Assembly (NCBI RefSeq): GCF_006345805.1
Contig: NC_043008.1
Span: forward strand, 46,934,001 to 46,998,000
Direction of reading: 5' to 3'
DNA from: Octopus sinensis
Taxonomy: Eukaryota
Length of the DNA stretch: 64,000 nucleotides
A model generated the notes under the pieces. The model saw nothing but the letters and a program-made list of their open reading frames with translations, was not told the DNA's origin and ran no database searches. Shown here piece by piece: positions 54,195 through 64,000 of the stretch. Positions within the stretch are counted from its first letter, which is position 1. Every line of letters starts with the position of its first letter. The position numbers were made by a program, and so were the translations under genes.

Positions 54195-55760
54195 AAGACA
54201 ATTTCTCACCTTGAGAAATGCCACATGATATGCTTACATTCCAGCATCGAGAGATTCATTGCCACTGTTCAAATCAGTGTGGTTCTCCATAATTTCATAC
54301 TTGTAGACAAAAGTTTCGCAGAGTATGTACCATTTTATACATTTCCTGATATTTCTTAATGAAGCTATGTGGTAGACTATTAAAGCTTTTTATAGACTAT
54401 CCAGGTTATCGACAAGGTCTTTTGTCGTTTGTGACAATCTTCCAAGTTCATCTTATTGATGAGTAGCTGATCTTTACAACCATAAGACCCACGCTTACAG
54501 CCTTTTTGCTCATTAGGGAATATTCCATATTCAATTAAAATGTTATAGGTATATTCAGTCAAGCCACTGTTCTTAAGCAGGTTATGGGTCTATAAATTTT
54601 AGTTCATTTGTGTCTTCATTTACACATTGTTGTAAATTGTGTTAGCAGTTCACGACTCTCTGGGAAGGTATTCAACCAGAAGTTAGGAATTTTATCCTTC
54701 CCTATAGACTTCCATTTGCTTGAATTCCTTAGAGCAGATCATATACCCTCTACCTTGATATCCCCACACACACACTTTTGCTCTTCTAAGACGTCAGTAC
54801 ATATTCTATCAATCCAAGGGGCCTTTTTATTGTTTGTTTTTTCTTCTGCCCAAATTTTATTCCAAAATCCCTGCACTTCTTTTGATGGGTCAGACTTTAC
54901 TGTAACTAGTATTTTCCCTACCCACCTGTAAAAATTTTGGAGGTTATTTTTGAACATGTTGTTCTTGAAGGATCTAACGAGCTTTTCATACCGTGCTATG
55001 CGGGCAACAGTAACAGCAAACATTTTGCTTGACTCTTTCTATAGTGGTTATCGATGTCAAGTATGGTTTTCATATATTTTTCCTTTAATTTTCGGATTGA
55101 TGTTGGTTTGATAGTCTTGTGAAACTCAAGGTTACTTAAGTATTTGAATTTGGTGTTGAATACGCTCATGCCAAGTAGGCTTTTTGTGGGAATGTTGTTT
55201 TCTAATCTTATTATCACATAGAATCGTTGAGATCTTTGTGGATGCAGAGTACAGATGGTTGAAATCTGTAATATCAACATCATTAGCTGAAATTATATCC
55301 TGTGTGGCTTTCTTCATCTATTTGATTTTCATCTGCCTTGGTGTTTATGGTTGGTTCAGAGAGTATTTCATTTTGCTTATCAGTTACATTGACTCGTTCA
55401 ATCATTACTGCATTGTCATCAGACCTGGGCTTGTCTATAATTATTTCCTCTGAAGTATCTTCTTTAGCTGCAACTCCGTTCCCTTACTGATTGTTTAATT
55501 TGGTCAATCTCTAATTCAGTTAGTAATTTTTTTCATAGTGTTTCTTCTGCTGTTGGCAACTTTGTTACTGTCTATGTATGATTTACTTCAATGTGCTTTT
55601 GTCTCTACTTTAAGTAGGTATTTTAACTGTTAGAGTTATTTTGTGGTGAGATACATGGTATGATAGAAGGCCTTCAAAACTTCTTTATTACCTCCACTAA
55701 GCCATTTTTCATTCTTTTCATTTTGGTTATTTGATGACAAGTGTGGATGGCCATCAGTTG
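54195..55760 (-). mobile_element. R4/Dong-like element, N-terminal region to mid-RT
   Basis: EKWL..NKEVLKAFY; FWNKIW; FPNEQKGCKRGSYGCKDQLLINK; WIVYKK; ends at GISQG. Confidence 0.85.
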
Positions 55761-55789
55761 GAATATTCCAGGTGTGGCATACTTCCAGT

Positions 55790-58700
55790 GAGTGAAGCAA
55801 CAGACGAGTTAAATACAAGTAACAACTGCAAGAACAACGGCGAGTCGAGAGAGAAGGAGTAGCTGTAAAGTTAAATACTCCACCTGAGACTATCCAGGAT
55901 AGAATACGCCGCACAGTGATGCACCGTATAATCGGTTAAAAATTAAGGAGGGTGGAAAGAACCACAACGGCTCAAATACAAAAAGTCTTAGGTTCCGTCT
56001 GGAATTTAAAGGAAGGTATACAGAGAGGAGGGGCCTATGGAATAGTGGACATTCAATTCAGCACCGAGAAATACGCCAAACATCACTCTTTGAAGACCCT
56101 CAAAATCGAGTTGTTGTTGTTAGTTCCTTTCTACTGCGGTCAGAGACTGGCCAAAATCATAATGCAACAGGTGTCGCCAGAAATAGCCATTCCTTGGCTA
56201 ATCGCTGCAGTGGCGATAGACATCGTGGAAAACTGGAAAGTCCTATCAGACTGTAAAGGAAAACTGGTCTGGGACGACCATAGATCTCCTCATACAAACA
56301 GCACAAAGGAATGGGGATTTCATCCCGGACCGGGTCCTTCTTTCTGGAGCCAGCATAATTCCAGTCAGTGTAGATAGAAGGAAAGCAAAGTGCCACATTT
56401 GCTTTCCTACTAACCATTTAAAATCCTTCTGCCTTAGACTGAAGGAAAAAGCGGAAACAGGCACCTCTCCTTCCTACAACAACATCAGAACTCCAGCGAC
56501 AACAGCAGTTGCACCATCAGCAGATTCACCCGTGCCACCGCCAACAAACATACCGACACTGAGTTTCCCCTAACACTTCTCAGCGCCTGAAGATGACCCC
56601 ACGTGCCGTTGCGGACCATGTGGACGTCTCAGGATCGTGATGAGTTGACTGCGATGAGTAGGACCGCGACGAGGAGTTGAAGTTATAAAAAACTGAAAAG
56701 TGCCAGAAAAAAGCAAGCACGTGAACAAACAACAACAATCGTCATCCAAACATGAAGAAGAAAGAAAAGAAAGAAAGCACCGAAAACGAACGCTGCATCG
56801 ACACCACCAACACTAACACCTGAGACACAAACCATCCTATACCCGCAACCACAACAGCGACAACAACAACTACCACCACCACAACAACAGCTACCACCAC
56901 TACAACAAGTGCAACAACAAGCACAAATTAAAGACACTAACATTACAAACTGTTTGGCAATTAGCACAAAAACAATGAATTAATGAAGTACATAATAACG
57001 CACACAAACATTATCCCAAAAGCCTTTTTTTCATAGCCACAATCTCCCTACCTGCACACAGAAGAATCCTTCAAACAACAGAAAACACATACACACACTT
57101 AAAAACCGGATGAGCACAGGAATCGGGGATTTTCGAGGAAATGTGACCAAGAGAATTCTTCGTGTTTTACTGTTGGAAGCACCCCAAGCCAACAGGAAAC
57201 ATGGACAAGTTTTCCTTTCCTTGCCTTTTACCGACGACATGGTCGTGTATAGAAAACGCAGCATGAATGTACGTGGGTCGTTTGGGAAGAGGGGTCAACT
57301 GCTCAACGACTTCAGGGAGCTGAATGTCGAAGTGGTGGCCATTAGTGGAACCAGAATTTCCGACTCACGAGATATCCGACCTATTTTAGGTAACTATGAA
57401 ATGTACGTATCTCCATGTTGTCCGGGAGCAGGAGGCGGACTCGCCATGATGGTTCGGAATAATCTGGATCTTGCAATACGAACGAACCTCCTGGATCCGA
57501 AAGGTAAGTCGGTGGCCCTGGACCTGAGAGACAGCGAAAGACATACTTTCAAGCTAGTTGCCGTCTGTGCTCCGACAGGGGCAGGACGACCATATTACTT
57601 CGGACGTCTGGAAACTTTCCTGGGAACGTCCCGCTGTTTAGTGTTAGTGGGTGATTGGAATGGAGTTATAGATATAAGGTGGGACTGTGTAGGTTTAGCA
57701 GATAGGAGAGGTGGGTGCAAAAAACTTGCAAAACTTCAGTCGATTCCAAATGTCTGACAGGTATCGACTGGATTTCCCGGATATGCCAGTGTAGACCTGG
57801 CCAAACCGCATCGGGTCATCCTGGTCATATTTAGATAAGGTATTCTGTAGAGTAGCAGATAAGAATAGCATATATCGTTCACAGTTTAAAGTTGTCGACT
57901 ACACAGACAAATTTGTGATCTGTAAAGTCGACTTGGATAGGCTTCATGGACAGGGACCCGGTAAATGGGAGCTGATCATGACGTTGCCGGCGCGTAAAGA
58001 TTTCAGTGACCGGATTAGTGAAATAGTTAAGAGGGCTTTGACGGGGTCAATAATCAACAATAAATGTAGGTTAGCCCTGACAAGAGTGATTAGAATAGAA
58101 TCGATAAGGTTTAACAAACGACAAGCAGTAGAAAGACACAGAGTAGAGACATAGCTAGTCAAGAAGTTTGACGAGGCTTTTAAAAAAGGCATCGCGACCG
58201 ACGTGCTCGCAGTGAGATTGGCACTCGACCAATTCTTCAACGCAAAACACGAAGGTTGATTTGTCAGAGCTAAGGCACGAGCATTTAGACACGAAGGGAC
58301 GAAAGCTGTTCAATGGACCTGAGTGGCAGAGGCACTGCGTGGCAATAAATCAACGAACTGAACTTGCTGAACCACGAACGGTAAATGATAACTGATCCGA
58401 GTCAGATGTGTTCAGCCTTTCAGCGGCTCTCCGCTCAACTGTTTGCGCAGTAGGGGTGAGCCTGGTCACGTCCGCGGCTCTCTGTGGCGGAGATGGAGCG
58501 CTGCGAAGGAAATACAACAGCCTTTGAAATACGGGAAGCAACGGCTAACTGTATCCACTGCTCTACGACATTTACGCTTACATGCGACCTCCAGGACACG
58601 TTTACTGCAACTGGCAACAGAATGGGAGAATTCACATTTTTGTGAGCCGAGGAGCGGTGGAGTTGCTGAGAAAAAAAAACGAATGAGGGGATTGTATTGA

Positions 58701-59945
58701 CAACTTTAGGCCCATAACTTTGCTAAATGTAGAGTTCAAAATATTGGCCGGGGTGTTAGCTACGAGGTTGGCGCTTGTCGTTGGGGACATGGTATGTGAG
58801 ACATATGCCATTCCGGAAAGATCCATCTACGAAAACCTCCACCTCATGCGATGCATCATTGAGCCTGGCACGGGTGTGTTCCTAATCAATTTAGATCAGT
58901 CTAAAGCTTTCGGTAGGGTCGACCATCTGCACTTGGCGGCAGTCCTCAAGTCAGCTATTTTTGGCCTCTATTAAGGGGCTGGGTGGCTGCAATGCACAGC
59001 GCCATCTGTTCAGTGGTCAGAGTGAAAGGTCACCTTTTTGCGCCGTTTAATATCATGCGCTCGGCTTGGCATAGTTGCCCCTACTCGTCTTTTTTGTACG
59101 TACTGACTCTCGAGGCAATACTACACTAATGGGAGGCGTTGAGAGGTATCCCGCGTGAGCTAGGACACAGGAAATGCATGTCGACATATGCCGACGACGT
59201 CACCGTAGTGATGTCGGATCTTAAGCACCTAAAAATGATCGGCACCGCTCTCAGGGACTACGAGGCAGTTTCAGGAGCGACAATTAACCAGGAAAAATCA
59301 GTGGAATTCCGGCTCGGCACCTGAAGAAGCACGTCCTACCGTCCAGCTGCGTCGCTGAGCGCTGGACGGAGGGACCAGTTACATTGCCTAGGGTCTGATT
59401 CAATCCGGACCTCCAGAGGGATAAAAAACTGGGACGAGAGAAAGCTATCCCTGAAAGATCGGGCAGAGGTGGCTAACGCGTATATCCCGTCCATCGCTTG
59501 ACCGTCGTGACTTGTCCTGGTCACCGTCTGATTACGCTGGAGCGTATACTCTCCCGCTTCTTGTGGAAGGAACGCTTCCCGATAGTCAGGTGATCGATCT
59601 GCTTTTAGTACCCTGCTGCGCGGTGGCCTGGGTTGATGTTGCACAGAAATGCATCTCCAGTGCTTTATTGACGGTGAACAAGTGCGATCACTGTTCGCCA
59701 GACACGTATCTCCGTAGCTAGTTTCTTTAACGGAGCTGCAGTCCTGGCTAAAACAGAGACTAAGTAGGGAACTGGGATGTCTTCAGGCACTCACGGCCCT
59801 CAGCCAATCGGACAGAATCCATATTTCCCTTCGGTGGCGGTTGAAGAGGAGTCGCAAGCATCACGGCCTGCCAGCAGAGAAGGAAAACAAGCAGAAAAGC
59901 AGAAACAAGTGACTCTGGAAGGACGCATTTGAAAAATGAAATGAG
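55790..59945 (+). mobile_element. Near full-length decayed Tx1/L1-like LINE
   Basis: ORF1 remnant with exact CCHC knuckle CHICFPTNHLKSFC (56391-56432); ORF2 APE (MNVRG, VAISGT, LVGDWN) and RT (NFRPITLLNVEFKILA, LDQSKAF, YADDV at 59187); many stops. Confidence 0.88.
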
Positions 59946-60548
59946 AAATAGGCATTCCTCCTCTGGAGTTGGACAATACTGAGAAGGCTAACAACTTTTT
60001 TGAAAGATGTAGTTTTTTTGTTGTTAGGGAGAATATGACAAGGATATATTGGAAATTCTAAGTGGTATGAGGGTTGGGAAATATTTGAGAAATTGTTAAC
60101 ATCTGTTTTCTAGAAGGTAGATTTCTTACACTTGAGCCCATGGGCCACCATCCCAGTAATATGGCCTTTACAAGTTTTACAATAGTGCATACTTATTTAG
60201 TTAAGAGGTATTTTATTTTGCTATTTTGGTGACAAGTTTCGTCAAAGCACAAGAATCATTCTTGGGATGCTTGCGGAATGTAGGATGATTCCTTGATGTT
60301 TTTAAGTTCATATTCCCCCAATCTTTTTAGCATTGTCTGGACAACGAGCAGGTTCACTCTGCTGCCCACTGGATTATTTGCCTGCTGAGAAACCTTCACT
60401 CGGATTTTGGATCTTATGATGAGTTATATTTGAGATGTCACAATCAACAGTGTTTCATTGATACACCATATCGAGAGGGTTACCAGCCTAGGTGAAAGAT
60501 CATCTTTTATCTGTAGTTATCATTATTATTATTATTATTATTACTTTT

Positions 60549-60765
60549 AAGGCGGGGATCAGACAGACTCGTCAGCACGCTGAACTAAGTGCCTAGCGGC
60601 ATTTCGTCCGTCTTTACGATCTGATTTCAAAATCCACCGAGGTTGACTTTGCCGTTCATCCTCTCTGGAACGATAAAATAAGTACCAACTGAGTACTGGG
60701 ATCGGCATATTCTACTCTTCCCCCTACCACGAAATTTCTGGCCTTGTGCCAACATTTGAAACCAA
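60549..60765 (+). mobile_element. tRNA-derived SINE (family 1)
   Basis: Homologous to 50077-50255; TAT-rich flanks. Confidence 0.8.
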
Positions 60766-60776
60766 TTTTATTATTA

Positions 60777-60880
60777 TTATTCATGTCACTGCCTGGAATC
60801 CAACCCGGAAACTTGGGGTTAAGAGCGTGGGTTACTAACCCCAAGATTCGGAGCTCGATTTGAAGCAGTGACCTGAATAA
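60777..60880. repeat. 45-bp inverted repeat (60777-60821 / 60836-60880)
   Basis: 36/45 identity, 14-nt spacer; tRNA/B-box-like arms. Confidence 0.8.
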
Positions 60881-60928
60881 CAACAACAACAACATCGAAA
60901 AATAACCCAGGTTCGAAATTTCCCCCCA

Positions 60929-60974
60929 GACACCTGATGAAAGCTGGAGGGTATATCAGCCGAAACCTTGTGTT
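60929..60974 (+). ncRNA. Minimal type I hammerhead ribozyme, G16.2->C variant
   Basis: GACAC-CUGAUGA-AA-GCUG(GAGGGUAUAU)CAGC-C-GAAAC-CUU-GUGUU: stem I 5 bp, stem II 4 bp; CUU instead of GUU. Confidence 0.65.
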
Positions 60975-61319
60975 AACAAATATCCGTTAAATATAAATAA
61001 TGTAAATAATGTACATAATTCCTCATCTCTTAAATATAGAACTGTATATTAAGTAACAGTTAAAGAGTGGGGTCGATATAATCGACCAGCCCACTCCTCC
61101 ACAATTTCAGACATTGTGCCTATGGTTAAAATTATTTATTATTACTATAATTATTATAGCAATCAACTCACAGAATCGTTAAAGGCTCGCTTTCAGTGCG
61201 CTAATCCTTCTTCCTCTTTGTATTTTGATTTCGGATCCCACCAGTGCCAATTTTCAGTCTCATCGTTCCAACTCAACTGATATACCAGTTGAAAATTTTT
61301 CTTCTTTTTTGCGCCCTTT

Positions 61320-61547
61320 TAAAGCCTAGCCAGGCTCATGGGCTCGGTTTCCATGGCGAATGTGTTCCCCAGCTGGACGGGACGCCGGTCCATCACAGCG
61401 TCACTCATTTTTGCCAGCTGAGTGGATTGGAGCAACGTGAAATGAAGTGTTTTGCTCAAGAACACAACGCGTTGCCCGGTCCAGGAATCGAAACCACAAT
61501 CTTACGATCATCATGCTGACACTAACCACTAAGCCACGCGCCTCCAC
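61320..61547 (-). mobile_element. tRNA-derived SINE (family 4)
   Basis: rc A box TGGCTTAGTGG, B box GGTTTCGATTCC. Confidence 0.8.
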
Positions 61548-62219
61548 AGTTGAACATTGGGGTGGATATAATCGACTACCCCAATCGAGTGTCATCATAA
61601 TCATCATCACCGTCGTATTACTCTCAATGTTGTTTATAAAATTCTAAATTAACCAAGTGTGGCGCGCCGACACTCGAATATTCTATAAGTGTATGAAATT
61701 ATTGAAGTAGATACTGATAAAAAATTATTTGACTTCAACAGACGATTTTGGATCGTTCCCAGACCTGTGTCGAGAAAGAAGTTAGCTTCTTATGTTTTCT
61801 TATTAAGAATATTATTAGGACCAACATTAGTTTTAAAAACATCAATCGTCTTAATCAAGACAAGATCAGAATTGATTTCCACCTCGTGAAAAATATGCAT
61901 CGATATAAATGTTATGTTTTCTAATGTGCATTTTGCTTGTGGTTAAAAAATATAGCATTGCGACTCTTTTCACAACAAACATATAAAATAATATATATAT
62001 TTATTAAGAAAGTACATGCACATTTATATATACATGCATACATACATGTGTATATACGCCAAGAAATGAGCAGATTGGAAGGTAGGCAGATAAATAGAGA
62101 GATCGATAGACAGATCGTCAGATAGAGGGATAAAATATATACATATATGATATATGTACAAGTACCTAGATACACGTTCATTTCGGTAAATACATACACA
62201 CACACACATTTCATATGTA

Positions 62220-62245
62220 TGTATGTATATATATATATATATAGA

Positions 62246-62281
<36 letters not shown>

Positions 62282-62310
62282 ATATATAATATATATATAA
62301 TATATATATA

Positions 62311-62356
<46 letters not shown>

Positions 62357-62461
62357 TATATATATATATGTATATACATATATATATATTATATATATAT
62401 ATATATATATATCTATATATATATATATACGCACATATACATATATACACACATTCATATT

Positions 62462-62511
<50 letters not shown>

Positions 62512-62641
62512 GATGTATATAAATAAATATACATATGCATATATATACGCACATATGTATATTTAATCTATATATGTATATGTGTGAGTGTATAAGCATG
62601 AATATATAAACATATGTGTATGTGTGTGTTTGTGTGTGTGC

Positions 62642-62678
<37 letters not shown>

Positions 62679-62706
62679 AGAAAGAAGAACGAGAAAGTGA
62701 GAAAGA

Positions 62707-62730
<24 letters not shown>
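62220..62730. repeat. TA/TG/GA compound microsatellite
   Basis: Direct inspection. Confidence 0.9.
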
Positions 62731-62746
<16 letters not shown>

Positions 62747-63419
62747 ATGCATGTATATAAAGAAATTTATTCAGAGACAAATACTGACGTTTCTGCGCGT
62801 GATAATTCATACGTATACACAAACATATATTTATATTTATTTGATAGCTATACAGATAGATATATTTAGAGACAGACAGACAGACAAATAGACATATCGA
62901 TAGATATACACATACATACATACATAGATATTATATACACGCACATCTACAGAGTGTTCCATTCGGTTTCTCTATTTGTGACACACTTATTAACACATAC
63001 ACACACACACTCAACGAACATACATACGAAAACTTAAGGCCGCAAAGTCCACACAACGGGCGCCCTTCTTTAGCCAGAGTGGTGCGTTTAACTGAAGGAC
63101 TTGGTCGAGTTTTAGCGAAGTTTTTTATATATTTTTTTTAACTTGTGACCAAGCGGCTGTCACGTCGATTAATTCGCTTAATGTTATATGCCTGGAGTTT
63201 GTTTCATAGTGAATACTTAAGAAAATGTTTATATATACTAAATAAATATTGTTTTATTTTGAGGTAATTGAGACATATAAAGTACATAGAAGCCAACACA
63301 ACATCATACACACATTAGAAGTTGGAGTTCGTTCTTTATAGTCACGTATTGAAATTCATGTCTATTACGTGTCTATTAATATTGTTTATAACCAGTCAAT
63401 ATTTTCTTTCAAACACACA

Positions 63420-63444
63420 CAGACACACAAACACACATATAAAT

Positions 63445-63489
<45 letters not shown>

Positions 63490-63526
63490 ACATACCTGTG
63501 TATACCTTTGATACATACATATATAT

Positions 63527-63558
<32 letters not shown>

Positions 63559-63626
63559 ATAATATATAATGGATAATAAAATGAATGGTTTGCATCTGTT
63601 AGCTTACAACGTTCATTTGCCATATC

Positions 63627-63690
<64 letters not shown>

Positions 63691-63760
63691 TGTATGTATG
63701 TGTATATATATATACACACACATGTATGTATGTGTATATATATATGCACACATACATACA

Positions 63761-63824
<64 letters not shown>

Positions 63825-63825
63825 G
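63420..63825. repeat. TA/CA compound microsatellite
   Basis: Direct inspection. Confidence 0.9.
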
Positions 63826-64000
63826 GTGCTGTATGCGTGTTGTGTATTGTCACGGTGATGGTGTATGTGTGTATATAATTAAGCATAGGGAATGACTCAA
63901 ATACGGAAATGGGAAAGATATACACACTGCAAGTGAACAAGTGATGTGGAAGAAATAATGCGGAGTGGGAGAGCAACTAGACGGGTAGATTTTGTAAACA

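Noticed and set aside
59950-60520. Possible minus-strand LINE ORF1 remnant (C..C.GH-like)
   Set aside because: Cys/His spacing is not canonical and the frame is broken; insufficient support
7718-61547. A/B-box sequences as tRNA genes
   Set aside because: No complete cloverleaf; they continue into SINE bodies with dispersed homologues
9170-63895. Dozens of long Tyr/Ile-rich ORFs (IYIY...)
   Set aside because: These are translations of (TA)n/TACATA arrays, which lack stops by composition; they are not genes

Overview
Gene-poor, AT-rich animal genomic DNA. The SINE families and huge (TA)n arrays look like an octopus/coleoid cephalopod genome, which is my inference from recall, not a database result. 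No host protein-coding gene is supportable; nearly all listed ORFs are YI-rich artefacts of TA arrays. Zone 1 (9.3-36.5 kb) is a run of TA/TACATA arrays interrupted by eight CR1-group LINE copies from three families, each with its own 3' tail. One copy (32.0-35.1 kb) keeps an almost intact APE-endonuclease + RT ORF. Zone 2 (39-55.8 kb) has many minus-strand R4/Dong-like RLE-retrotransposon fragments, several abutting (TAA)n. Zone 3 (52.5-60 kb) has two decayed Tx1/L1-like elements. tRNA-derived SINEs are scattered throughout. The most striking signal is a ~502-bp near-perfect palindrome (31113-31614, 1-nt spacer) carrying two divergent, fully canonical minimal hammerhead ribozymes. Three further hammerhead-like motifs from unrelated short elements occur at 26.55, 38.95 and 60.93 kb, and each lies near an inverted repeat. 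Caveat: indel-rich copies and a 1.8-kb tandem duplication suggest imperfect long-read assembly.
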